A DNA stretch of 63,811 bases, the filler included, from Lenisia limosa (taxonomy: Eukaryota > Protista > Breviatea): NCBI GenBank assembly GCA_001655205.1. It is 10 parts of 10 records of this genome, joined end to end, with 100 filler letters (N's around TTAATTAATTAA, not from the genome) between each part and the next. Parts side by side here need not be neighbours in the genome. Positions count along the whole stretch, not along the records: positions 15,130 to 31,784 come from LPNZ01006394.1; 9 more parts are not named here. One strand, written 5' to 3'. Position numbers and translations under genes: made by a program. Below, piece after piece: positions 15,976-29,743 of this stretch (the first letter of the stretch is position 1; each line of letters starts with the position of its first letter). The notes beneath the pieces are model-generated. The model was not told where the DNA came from and searched no databases. It saw only the letters and a program-made list of their open reading frames with translations.

Positions 15976-16909
15976 AGAATTTTAAAGTCAAACAGAGGCA
16001 CATACATATTCCTCGAATTGGAGTGGAAAAGTCAAAAGATTTTTTCAATGAGAATTTTTCCTCTTGTGACTGTCAAATTCATCCGCTTTTTAGAATATGG
16101 ACTAAATCTTCTTATATCATTTATATCTTATTTTATGGTATTATATATATTATTAATCTCATATATTCTGTATTATTATGCATAAATATCATCATAACAA
16201 TCTATTAAAATCATATTTTTTATGAGACCATTGATATTACAATTCACGAAATTTCCATGTTACACAGAATTAGATATCAGTATTACATTTTCTTCATTTA
16301 TTTGTTGTTTTTTTTTGTTTCAAAAAAAAAACAACAACTAATTTTAACTACTTATGATTCATTGAAATATAGAAAGTATGTAAACAACTAATATTTTGAA
16401 TTTTTGAATTTAAACAATTTGTTTTGAAATTTGATAATTTCACCCAAATAGCATGAATGTATTTATAGTTTGTTTTGACGTAATAACTTTAATAATAATT
16501 TACAAATATGATTAATTATCCTTCTTAAAACACAACTATATGTTTAGTAATTTTAATAATGATGAAATACACCATAAAGTTATTTGTGATTACAACAATT
16601 TATAAATAGGGAAATTACATAAATTTTCTGTTAATGATATAATAATATACACACTGACCGCGATGAGCCCTGACACGGATATTGTGGTGTGTCTTTAATC
16701 CATCGGGTCAACTTATCACAGTTAGTGTGAATATACTGTATGTGTGACTCCCATTCAGTACACTTTATAAGTATGAAATATTTGAAAACTGGAAACTTTA
16801 ATCATTTGTAACCTGTTATATAGATTTCATGTACTATGATATTTCTCTTTTTTATAGGCAATATAGTACATAGGATATCGGATACAAAACAGAAAATTTG
16901 TAACTTCAT

Positions 16910-19900
16910 CCAGACCAGTCAGCCAGAAGCTCTCCCGCCACCTGATCCCCTCTTCAGCTCACTGTTAAAAAAGGTGGGAAAAGTTGGCATTCAAAAAATA
17001 ATTTTGTTTATTGTTGAAAGAAGAATATGTTACTCAGTAAAAAAAATACTGTATCAAATGCTTAGAATGGTGGGAAAAGTTGTCATTCACCAAGGGGAAA
17101 TATTTTGGGAGGATATAGTACATACAAAATTGTTTTGAAAGCAAGAATAATATTCTTTAAATACAAGCCAGGAAAGAAATTAGTACATTGGGATACTAGA
17201 AACAAATTACCATAGAAAATTGAATACCATATAGCTACATTACAATAGAAAATAGGAAAACTAGATATAATATGTACATAAAGATAATGGGCAGTATTAT
17301 TTACTACAACGTGTAATAGTGATCTCCCACATTTTTTATCACTACCGTTTACGCCATCGCAATTGGGTATTCACATTATTATCGTAGCCTTCATGTAGAA
17401 TTTTGATTACCCTCACCTCATCAAATAGGTTCTATTTCGTCCTGCTGTAAGCGTTGTGATTGTACACACAGGGACATTTGAACGCCTTGAAATGACTCTG
17501 AACTCGATGAAACAACAGTCTACAAAGGATTTTGAAGTAAGCTTTGGTAGTTCTTCTGCGTAAACATTTGTACAACTTTTGATAGCCTACCATTCTTGCA
17601 TTGAGCAGATTTTGCAAATGGATTATAGTATACAGAGGCCGTATTCTTTTCAATCAAAATAGGTCCCAATATAAACGAAATGATATTAGCTGAGGCTGCT
17701 TTGGTTGTAGACAAATGCTCTTTTGGATGTTATTAAAATCATAACTTTGTATATTAAAGCATTATGGATCGCTAGGTTTTGAAATTGAATAATGGAAACA
17801 CAAAATCGGATTAATTTAACTATTTAGGTTATTATTGTTGATGCTTCCCACCATCTTGGCTCCGATGACACCTGGGTGAAGTGCTCCAACGAAGTCTTCA
17901 AAAATCCCACCGCAAATAAAGAGAGTAAGTGAGAACCTTCTTTTTTCTTTTCTCCTTCTGGGCTGTTACCAAAGTATGTATTGCCAATATTTATTAAATG
18001 TCCATATTTTACCTAAGTATTAGGGTACCCACCGGATATTCATAATTCGATTTGGTAAAATTTTTGAAATTGAAAATTGCATTATAGATTTAATATTTCA
18101 GATAATTGGGAGAATATATGTGAAAATTTTAAAACACTGCGATTTTTAAAATGAGGTGTCTTCTTTTGTATTCAAGAATAGACAGTTCTTGATTGTAAAC
18201 TGTTTAGAACTTTCTGAGTGTAGAACTGAAATGGACGTCTACCCCTTCCACATCACCATTTCCAAGTGAGACCCAGGATATGATTTATTTTTGTGTTCAT
18301 TTTATGTTGTACTCTTGTTCTTACTTTGCTATCTGTACAATTTTGTGTTCAAAAAGTCCCAACATATCCCATAAACCTGGATAATCAACTTGCAAGCGGA
18401 ATATCATTTGTGTAATTATAGTGATTCTGAAATTTCTGTGATTTGCTGACTTTCACAGACCATTGGAGCTTCAAAGCTTAGACGAAGCTCGAATCTTTGG
18501 ATTGATTGACGCAATTGGACACTCAGTTTTGTTCCTAGAATCAAGTTACATCGTTACCTCAAGAGCCGTGGAGTCTATTGCCTTAAGCTTGACTGGTTTG
18601 AGAGGTGTATTATCTTGCCATATTTAGGGACCTTGGGCATAATATTTCAATATTTTTAATTTTTGCTCTGTAGATCAAAATATATTCCCATTTCATTGTA
18701 GTAACCTATTCAATGGCCATTGTGTACATTTTCATATTGGCTAAAGAGGCAATATATTTTAAAGAGTCATTATGAAGTGTAGTAAACAATTATTCATTTA
18801 GTGCACATGTTATTTGGGTATCGTCTTACATCGCCAATTAGATTTCATTTAATAATTGTAGTAACCAATAGGATTTCATTGTTTAAATTGTAGTAACCAT
18901 TTAGACGGTCATTTTGTTGTTCCGCTTTTGGTGTCTGGACCCGAGTATCCCAAAGATTGGACGCCCGGATCATGCGTGTCTGAAAGCCAGCCTTTTGCCA
19001 TTTGGTTGGAGTGGAAGATAAACTAAAAAGCACTTATTCTTGCACTCCTTAATAAAGTCAGCTACAATAATAGATTTATTAAAAATATAATTCAGATTCT
19101 ATTTATCCAATTATCTAACTAATTAGGAATGACAATATTCGTTCGTTTGTTGTCTCATGCAATTCGTCCGCAAGCTGCGTCAGTGGTCCCCAATCCAGCA
19201 CCAGTCTACTGACCATGTTGGGCAAATCTATGAAATGCAAACCACTCCACATTCCTCTGATTCACTCAGGCTCAAGCGAACAATAGTTTGAGGGTTACTT
19301 ATGAAGTATAGTGCAGATAATATTTTTTTGTTTAAAGTTTATGCCTCTTCACAGTCATTTGGAATGTCGTTAAGAAAAGAATAGGAAATATTTAATTAAT
19401 TATTGGGAAACATTTGATAGATTTAAAAAAAACCGTACCATATGGAGTTATTTCTTCATAATAGTTATTGAAAAATTTACCTGTTTGTCAAATTCACCTG
19501 TTTTAAATGTCCAAAACACAAGTTTTTATAACATTATCATAGAGTAAATATTACCATTACTCGCACTGATTTTAATTTATCAGCAATGGTAGTCCAGGAC
19601 TACAAATGCCTGAGATTCCTCCGCTCCCAGTCGTTGCTTCCGTCTTGAATTACACTGATGCCTACTGGTTTAAGAAGGTTTGTTTTTATGCTGGTGCTAC
19701 CAGACCATTCCTCTACCTTGCCTCTCCTTCGTCGTTATCATAACAGACATCATCACACTTCTAGTCCATCATCATCCAAAGCTTGCTTGCTATTATCTAT
19801 GTAATTTGACCATATCTAACGATTGTGTTTTTTATTGGAGTTTGTGGGAAATAATTGTAAATTGATTTCCCGAGTTATTATTATATCTGTGACTTTATAA

Positions 19901-22900
19901 CTTGCGACACTGATGGATCTGGTTTGAAATCTTTAGGGATACCCTTTGGTCACAAACAACAATCAATGGAGGTTGAATCGTAGGCTTCACCACCCATCAC
20001 CACTAATTTACGTCTGACTTGGTTAAGTCTTGTCTGATTTGCCATGGATTATCCTAATGAGAATCGAACTTGTCTCAGTCACTGACCATGATAAGTCTGC
20101 CACGATTGACAAACGTAATCATTTATCATGATCACTGTAGAGATTAATATTTATTTAGGAATTATGACGATAACCCTCCAGGGACGAAAATATACGTATT
20201 TGTCGAAGCGTCGTTTATGGCTCTAGGAGGCAGTATTGTGGTTGATGTCAATTTGATGGAGGTTTGCAGACCATGCATTTGATACTAATTTGTTACTTCT
20301 TATTTTCTGATCCATTTTGAACTTTATTCTGTAATTTCATTACCACTTGAATAATGTATGAAGTACTAATTTTAACCCTATGTAGTGCTTAGCAAAGCAT
20401 GGTGACATACATTTAACAATGGTTATGGACCATAGTCTCATTGGAGGTTAGCGGAGGCGTATGAATTGATGACTAATATCATCAATATTCCAATAATTAT
20501 TGAATTTGATTTTTAGTGCAATTGAGTAGGATTCTCCATTGTCAATTTTAGGACACTATTTGCAATCAGTAATATAACATTTATCTTATTGCTTACACTG
20601 TTTTAGGTGACATATTTCCCCATTTCTTTCAAGAATTTGAAACATTGCCTGATGAAATTTTCTACATGGAGCGGTAGGTGTTTTGCTAATTTGAAGTAAC
20701 AATTATGGATTTCATTATATTTCATAATGTTTACAATAAACGTTAGATATGTCTCTTTATCCATGGAAATGTTGATTATTTTCGTCTGCCTGGTACTGTG
20801 GTAAACTTTCAATTTTCTGGTTCTAAATTGAGAGCAGTATATCAGGGAAGCTTTTGGTTTAGCTTCTCAGCTAACGAGTGTAGCTCCATCGGCCAAACAC
20901 AGAATGCCGACTTCATGAACTACTTGCTTCACTCGCGGTTGGGGGCATCTAAAAATTGGGTGGCATTATTTGAGCGTCTGTTGTCAAAAATTGTAATTTA
21001 GTGATTAATGGGACTACAGAAATTAATGAACGGAGCCCAAAAGGTTTTTTTTGTCCCTGGAGGATTATCCATTTATATTAGGGCTCCGGTTAATTATTTT
21101 TTAAATCATTGGAGAAAATTTGAAATTAAACTGTTTAAAATTGAGTTTACATTAAAATATATATCACTTCAAATTTTGTAGTTACTTTAGACTAATTGAA
21201 CGTTATAACATTTATATAAAATTTGATTTATCACTATATCATATGTAATATTTGTTACATGTAGTATATGATATACAGTGACCATGAAAATTTCTGACGT
21301 ATTTGTCTAAGTATACGTGTTCACTACAAAACCACTTCTGAAATATTTAGTGCCCCTGATGTTGTTCTATTTATGACTACCAGCCACAGCGCAAACTTTA
21401 AACCGTAGGTGGTTATCCCAGATTTTTAGCAAAATTTTGGAAAGTCAAAATTTAGGATTGAGGATTTAGGGTTTTATCAACTTTGAAAATTGTCAAAATA
21501 TTGAGAGTAATTCCCATTGGTTTCCTTATTAGGCATTTTTGAGACTTGAAACGCACTTTTATCTAACAGTTTACAGTATGAATCTTGCAGATCTCCATGT
21601 TCCTTCAATACTATTCTTGCAAAGTAGGATGAATGATATATCCTTACCTTTTATCGATTATTGTCGTATAGCTACATGCTTACTTTCGTTTAGCTCTTCG
21701 TCAGTCGAAACGAATATTGACAGACCCATCAGTATGATGGTAAAAAATGAAACTGTAATATCAACTTATTGTTGTCAACATAAATAGTTTTAATTCAAAC
21801 TTTTTGAAAAATCATGACTACTAGACTCAATTTTTAGCTCTTCACCAAGACCGTAACTATTTCGCCAAGTCTTCAACAGTCAATAATTCAGAAACACCCT
21901 ATGGTATGTTGTAACGACTGTGTACTGATGAGTTGGAAGGAAAAATTATTGGGTAAATCAATATACTGGAAAACAATATTGATGTTTTGAGGCCGAATAC
22001 TATCTTGTTTTTGTTAATCTTTATTTCTAACGATCATGTCTTATCTATCCTGAATATGTTCATTTATTAGCTTTCTTTGAACAACACCGAGGTGCAGCAG
22101 GTCGGTGCTGATGCAGAGGCCATCCAAACCCTTGACAGAAGTATGCCAGATGTAATTTTGGATTAAAAATAATATAATGAATACCTATGATACACTATAT
22201 ACATCTAGTACAAACAAGGGTGTATCTGCGAAGCAATCCACATTAATTTAAGAAATTGATCATGTATATAACACCGCAGATGCGACAAAACTTCACTCGT
22301 TGTTTAACATACCACAAGACGAATTGATAGTTGCCATGATGGGGCGCCTCAGTAATGATAAGGTATGAACAGCTTACTTACAGCTCTGAATAATGATTAA
22401 TTTTAAATGGTCAACTAGATAGAACTCTGAATAATGCAACTGTTCTTGGTTTGAAAATTGCGTCTGTACTTTGTGGTTTACAAAAGAGTGTATTATATAT
22501 CATTATACTAATATTGATAAAGTTCTATAATATCATATAAATAATTAACAAAACACACTAATGGTCGTTTATTATTCACATTTTACACTCCTCAGCGGCC
22601 TTGGCTGTTCCCCGATGTTTGCAAGAAAATACTGGCTGAAGTAAAAAATGTTAGTCTGGATTGATTTGAAATATCTGGTCACGTGCAATAATTTTTGATT
22701 GTAAATTAATTGAAAATTTGAATAAAATAATCTGAACAAAGTTTTTGGTTAAAATATACGTTCTTCTGATTTAACTTAATTTCTCATATTTCACGGGTAC
22801 AGAAATAAAGTGTGCCTTCAGTTTTGTTATGAACATTTCAGGTTCATTGTGTATGCGTCGGAGGGGGCGACTCCAGAGCAAGAACCGCAAATAAAGCCAA

Positions 22901-24564
22901 GCAACTTGGTAATGCGTGGATTATTTGATCTCATGTACAGTGGTGCTCTTCTTTATGTTAACTACTAATTCATGATATGTTAGTGTGTCATATTACCTCT
23001 ATGGGAATTTTATTTACAAATATTATAAGCAGCTGATGTTTTGCTTGTTTTTACAATAATATTTGTCTGGTTTTCATAATAAGCGAATTGTTAATCAGTA
23101 AATAAGGTGAAAGGCTCCGTGCAATTCATAGAAAAATCAACTTCACAATTTGAAGAGAGATCATGTTTTTATGAACACTCCTGCAGACAAATGAATTTCT
23201 AAAATTGAGTATTGTCTTCAGATAATTAGTTCTTTGGTATTCAGGGAATATTATCGTAATATAAAAGGTCCCCCCCGATTGTTAGGATGTGTCATTTCTT
23301 ATGTTTCGTTCAGGTATCTCCAATAGGTTTCACATTACGGGCCAAGTAGACCACCCAAAACTATTAGAATATGTGAGTTTGGCTTTTAGATAAGACTTGA
23401 GATTTTAGTTTGGACAACACAACATTTTCATAAGAATCCACATTGCTGTTGCTAATAATATCACAGAGAGTTCTGTTATTATATTACATAGGCTGGTTAA
23501 AATAGTCTAATATTGCAGATGGTAGATACTGATGTCCACGTGATGCTATCCGAAGCCGAAGGCACACCAATTGTCATCATGGAGTCTGGTATTGCCAAAA
23601 GAGCCTTGGTGTCTTCAACTGAGCTTCCTGGTGTTAGAGAGGTGAGCTGAGATATATCATATCGCTTTTACCAATCAAATAAAATTGTGATATATTTTAC
23701 TCCAGTATTTTGGTTCAAATGTACTAGTTCTACTGGACAATAATTTGAAAAAACATTAAAAAAATATGGTGATAGTACTTACTAAAATATATCACCCTCC
23801 ATGTATCATGAAATGTCCAATTTTACTTCCTCCCCAGATTCTCAAAGATAAGGCATGTTACGTTCCGCAGAACTCCAATACCCAAATATCAACTGTTGCG
23901 GGGATTTATACCATCTCTGGGTTGTATTTTTCTATCGCACTAAGCTCATCATCCTACTGTTCTCATGAAAACGATGATATTCTCGCATTATTTATACATG
24001 TGAATTATATTACTTTTGTCTCACATGAGATATCTCCAAATGACACTTTAGGATATGGCGAAGTGTGTTGTGAGTCAGCTCAAACTGATTCGAGATGAGC
24101 CTGAGACCGTTCAAAAGATACTTGATCAGCGTAAGCTTTGAAAACAACTGAAATATAATCTAACTGAAATAAGATATTCTTACATAAATAATATGTTTGA
24201 TGATTTGGTAGGATTAGGCCTAAAACTAGATTTTATCAGGTGGCATTCATACCCAGGTTTCGAAATTGGCGATTCTGAAACAATGAATAGCGACACTTTT
24301 TCTTACAGTGTTTCAGGGTATCATGACGTTGTTTCTGAGGGCTTCACAAAGGAGTCGTCTTGTCAAAAAATCACTCAGTTAATACAGCAACTTAAGCGGT
24401 GAGTTGGGTTTTACCCACATCATCACTCTTCCGTCCATGATATGTAAACTGACGTTTTCGGCAGACTGAACAGGTTATTATTCCAAAAATATTTACCTTG
24501 CAGTAATTCAGTTAACTTCCCTGCCTTTATGAATGCGGCTTTTTCAAACAGTTCCATTCATTAG
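16910..24564 (+). CDS. Glycosyltransferase with a C-terminal GT4 (GT-B) domain and a possible upstream GT2-like segment; long introns
   Basis: Exons 22280-24400: LIVAMMGRLSNDK / RPWLFPDVCKKIL / VHCVCVGGGDSR / RFHITGQVDH / DVHVMLSEAEGTPIVIMESGIAKRALVSSTELPGVRE (GT4 E-x7-E motif). Exon ~18460-18605 reads LDEARIFGLIDAIGHSVLFLES. That all exons belong to one gene is inferred. Confidence 0.72.
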
Positions 24565-24759
24565 ACGTTATTATTTTTGTCTCTTCAGGTATTATCTTAT
24601 TATTTCTTGTATTATATTATTAATTTGCTTTCCAAGTCCCAAATTTCAAGAAGTCAGAAATCCCAAAATGTTATAAAAGTGTCAAACAAGAAAATGCGCA
24701 TGTTTGAGAGTTAAATTCCATATAATAGTAATAATACATTGTAAGTCGCTACATGATGG

Positions 24760-27700
24760 CTAGCTCAGGGGTTTCATCCATTCTGCTGTTGCCATCAATC
24801 CAGATGAAAGTTGAACTAAATATATTATACTGGTGAAGGAAGAAGCAGTTTAATTGGTAATGGTCGAAACCACTATCATTATAAGAGATCTTGGATTACA
24901 TTATTACTAATTAAGACTATCATTTGCCGTAAATACAACTTTCAGGGTGCGTCCCTAGTAAATACGAACATCAGTATCCCACTTCTGCAACTCCATTTAA
25001 CAACACGTAATATATATGAACGTAATTATATTTAGAAATGTTCGTTTTTCGATACTCCAGATTCCAGATTTCCCCACTTATTCATACCTAAAGGAACGTA
25101 AAGGAACATTTCCATCGCTCGTCGTGTGTCTGCAACACTTCGAGCAATGTCACCTACTCGGGGTGCATCATGTACAATATTGGCCATTGTTTGAGTTGCC
25201 TGGAGTTGTTATTCACAATTCAAGTACTTTGTGAAATTAAGTTATTAAGAATACTTCTTCACAAATGTTGATGAAATGTTCTTGTGAAAAGAGATTTTAA
25301 GTCACAATAATAACATTTCAAATAATCAAACTTTTGCTATTTATGAAAATGGTAATTCACTTATTTTGTGCTGACGTGAGCTTACTATATCCTAGCTAGA
25401 CTACTGAGAGATGTATCGACGTAAAAACAAGATTGGCAAAACGTGTGACTAGCTCAAATTAATAAGCAGTTGTTATTTACAAAATAATTAATAAAATATA
25501 CAGAAAATAGGTCTGAAATGCTATTATGGATCCCAATATAGGTGGCTTTTTTGGCATGTACTAAATAGTTTTCAAAGACCGAAAAAGTGTTCTAAAGCAA
25601 TTTCCTAGATATACAAATGGTTTCACGGTGTTCACCCATCTGATTAGTTTAAATTTTTTCGCCAATTACCATAACGACTGTTTCGGCAATTGTATTTACT
25701 GAAGACTCAACTCCAGTACCTAAATAGTCAGATTGACGGACACATGATACAATATGGTGTGGACGGCTTTGGTCAAAAAAACTTTGTTTTTTTCAGATTT
25801 CAAAATATTATGTTGTAAATGGTGCACTTACAGTGACCGGGGTAAGTATTGCCCTATTATACTTGAGAAACCACACATCAAATCGGTCATAACTTATCCT
25901 GGTCACTGTTTATGAAGAGATACGTCCAAAAAAGCATGTTTATTAATGATGATGGATTTAAAAGAAACAATATTGATACTTTTCGATGTTATTTCGGATA
26001 ATTCAGACCAAACTAAACACTATCGTACATATACATTATAACCGTAATTACCTATATTTGTTACAAAGAAGGGAATGTCACAACCCATGCCGGAACCCTT
26101 CTCCTGGCACGTGACATATTTCGAAGATACTGGAAGAAGTGCTCTCACCTATATAGTGATTATATACTCCCTAAGGCTCCGTGGAAATAATTTTTGAAGT
26201 GGGAAATAGTGTAACAAGGACCTTATTTCAGACACTTCATTTTTTAATTGTTTCAATTACTTAGGTAATTGTGTAGTATTCTTCACAACACGAAGTCCTT
26301 ATCCCACCACAGCTCGGGCCACGTCTTTGACATATACGAAGTCTCGGGTCTGTTCACCATCACCATTGACAACAACATTTTTGTTACCAAAGGCACGCGC
26401 TAGTACTTCATTCCAAAATTGCATTATTAAAATGAATTCATTAATTTCAAAATTGTTAATTCCACGGAGTCGATTCACAAATTCATGCTTACAAAGAAAA
26501 ACTGATATCACACCAGAATAGTCAGAATGTGGATCTTGTCTAAAGAGTTATTTGTGAAACGCAGACTCAATAATTCCCTTGTGTATCCTTAGAAATATCA
26601 TACAAATAGACACACTATCAAAATAAGCCCACTTTAATTGGGATTCAATTGGAAAAAATACTAAAAAGGATTATCACGTAAATGGAAACCTCAAATTTTC
26701 ATGAGAAACAAATAATTGGAGGAATCAATATTGTAGCAATATGAGATATGACACATGATGAGGTGATATTGCGACTGGGATATGTCTTGACAGATTCACA
26801 ATGTGATATAAAATGACCGAGATAAGTCTTGACAGATTTTTCCTGAGAAATATAATGATAAATTGCCCAGTCACTGTATCTTCTAAAATGTACCTACCGT
26901 GGGCCATAGACGTTAAAGAATCGTAGGCACACGGACTGGAGACCTGACATCTTACTGTACTCCTGAGGTGTTAGCTAAGTAAAAAAGTGACCGGGATAAT
27001 CTTGACCGATTTGCATGTGATTTCTCAACGAAAATAGGTCAAGACTCCACACGGACCGCAGTATGTGCCGACGCTGATATTGCTTTATCTAGCCATTTGC
27101 GTCAGAACTTACCACAGTCATTGTATACATGTTTGATGCTAAACCATGGAATACTACCAAGGAATAAACATAAAGCATATCATATTTAAGTTTGATAAAC
27201 TAACTCTTAACCAAATTTTTTCGGTAATACTGATGAGTTCAGCTAAGGGCATACTTTCATTAAAATTTGATGATAGAAAATGTCATATCTAAGGATGCAA
27301 TTAGATAACAATCACCCGACTTGGAGTTCATTTGTAATATTTTGGGAATCCATACATTTCTTCATATTTTCATAGAATTAGATAGGATTTAAATGAGTAA
27401 ATAGAGGAACCGATATATTGTAGTGTGCTGGAGCTTACTTCGCTGAGATGCTCCATTTTATATTTCGATTCTCCATACGGCGAAATCGGCTTAATATCAG
27501 AGTTTTCAGTTACAGGAAGACTCTAAAGCGGTTGGAAGGGGATGTGCAATGGTGTGTTAATTTGAGTTGATATACTCCTTAATAAGACCTTGGATTGCTA
27601 ATATTGAGAATAATTCAAAAGCGCCTTTTTCTTTTGGCCCACTTTAACAGCATGCCCTCGCCACCCACCTTCACGTTTCCATATACGGCTGCTGATGACG

Positions 27701-29438
27701 CAGAGACCACTCCTTTGACTCGTTGAGTACGGGCAAAATCATATACCATTTTCGAACCTTTGAAGGGGTAAATAATGTTAAAATATGAAGATTACGAGAT
27801 TTACAGACAGACTGATAATAATTAATGAATAAAAATAATTATATTTTATGAAGCAAGTGAGATATTCCCTTTTACAGAAAAATACAAGAGAAATATCGAT
27901 TTTTTTGAGAAAATATCAGATTTCAAATTTTTCTAGAATGCACGTGACGCTTTCAATTAAAGATATGCTAATGGGATAGATGGGCATCATGATTAAAAAT
28001 TATCAAGTACTTATTTCCTACCCTTTAACTTGAATAAAAAAAATACCCCAGATACAACTCCACGAAGTCTCATTAAACGACCAGTAACTCCCAACCTTGA
28101 ACGTTGACTCGTTCGTATTTTTCAGGGTCCTTGATGCTCTCGTTAACGCTGAGCGCTGCAGCCAGGTGGATTACGTAATTAACTTCAGGGATTTTGGAAT
28201 AGATGAGAGGGTCTGTGATATCTAAAAAGTCAAAAGGGGACGCTTTCCTGGCATTCCTAATTATAGTGAAATTTAATGTGGCATGGTAATGTGGTTATAT
28301 TATCCTGTGGTATTGTTTTGGTTCACGAATAGATTATTAATGTGTATGATATTCAGGGCTTCAATTCTGTTCAAAAAACAATACTGAATTTCTTTATAAA
28401 TCCTCGGAACTGTCTAGATTTGTTGTTGTTTGAACCAGAATGAAGCCCTAAATTTAATGGTTGCTCATAGAATAATTAACACCAACCTCCTTTGACGATA
28501 ACAACGCCATTTGGCGGGAAATTGTGTCCAGTGGTTTCATTATCTAGAATTACAACCTTCATTGTTAAATCATTCTATATTTCATATTTACATTTAATTT
28601 CAAGCTAGATTTCAATTTTTTTCAAAACTTTATATCCTAAAAAATAATAATTCAAACGAAGGAAATATTATTATAGCGTGATGATGTGGATGGCTTCAGT
28701 CAGATACTACCTTTTTATTATATTTCTCATTGCTACATATGACTTTCAAAACTCAGTAAATATTAATAAAACTTTCAAACACAGAAATTTCAAACTACAC
28801 AATATGATACTTTCAACAGAGCAACTAAACTATCCGAAGCAACTTTTATATTATCCGAAGCAAATAATAAACTATCCGAAGCAAATATGATAAAATTAAA
28901 AAAAATAATATTAAAACTTTTAAACAAGCAAGCATTAATGCAACCTTCAACGAATCAAATTAATACATCTTTCAAACAAAGTAAATTGAAATTTTCAAAC
29001 AGACAATATCAAGCAACAAGCAAAATTATCACAGGATGGTATTGTCTTCGCTTCAAGAGGTATAAAATTGACAAGTTGAATATTCGCTCATGCTTCACAA
29101 TACAATACAATATTACTATTATCAACTAAAAAAGAAGCTCAACTAAGAGACGGTATAAATAAGCTTAACAAGCAGGAACCTCAACTTACGGATGCGTTTT
29201 GACTCAAGAGCTCCTCAACAACATGCGAGCCGATAAAGCCAAGTCCCCCGGTCACGAGCACAGTTCTGCCATCTAGCTGTGAGTCAGAATAGCGGTGGAG
29301 TTGCGTGAGATTAAAGAGCGATCTGTTTTGTTGAGAGAGTGTGACAAGCAGGATGATGATAATAAGAGCCACTACAGTAATTTTTATTGGGATGGCCGAG
29401 GGGAGGGAATGATAGTTGAACAGATTTTGTTTCGTCAT
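24760..29438 (-). CDS. NAD-dependent NDP-sugar 4-epimerase/dehydratase (extended SDR) with an N-terminal transmembrane anchor
   Basis: TM KITVVALIIIILLVTLS; VLVTGGLGFIGSHVV; VIHLAAALSVNESIKDP; SSAAVYG; YGESK (YxxxK); [68 protein letters not shown]. Confidence 0.92.
25831..25908. mobile_element. Family D MITE (Tc1/mariner-like)
   Basis: TA|cagtgaccggggtaagt...acttatcctggtcactg. Related copies at ~16650-16730, 20080-20137, 21275 (one arm), 26770-26876 and 26986-27062. Confidence 0.72.
28826..28888. repeat. ~21-bp tandem repeat x3 in an epimerase intron
   Basis: ...tatccgaagcaa three times. Confidence 0.8.
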
Positions 29439-29743
29439 GTTGCCTTTCTCCTTAATAGCAAAGTAAACACGGGAGATAGGAGGAAGGAGAGGGCCTCATT
29501 GGGGGTCAGCAGACAGACATGGAAAAATTGACGTTTCAAAAATGAACGATCACGGATCATGCTATGGTGGATTGGTGTTGGAGTGGATCAGAATTGTTTG
29601 GCGCAATTATGGCGCCACGTAGCCACTATTTATTTGGGGAATTTGGAAAATTTGTCAACAGTCATTATAACTGTATTATTATCGAATTATTCTTATAGAT
29701 TCATAACAATAGAAGTAAATAAAAGCTTGGAAGACGAAAGTCT

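Noticed and set aside
16650-16730. Possible C/D-box snoRNA (GATGA...CTGA)
   Set aside because: Better explained as a decayed family D MITE, since both ends match its TIR.
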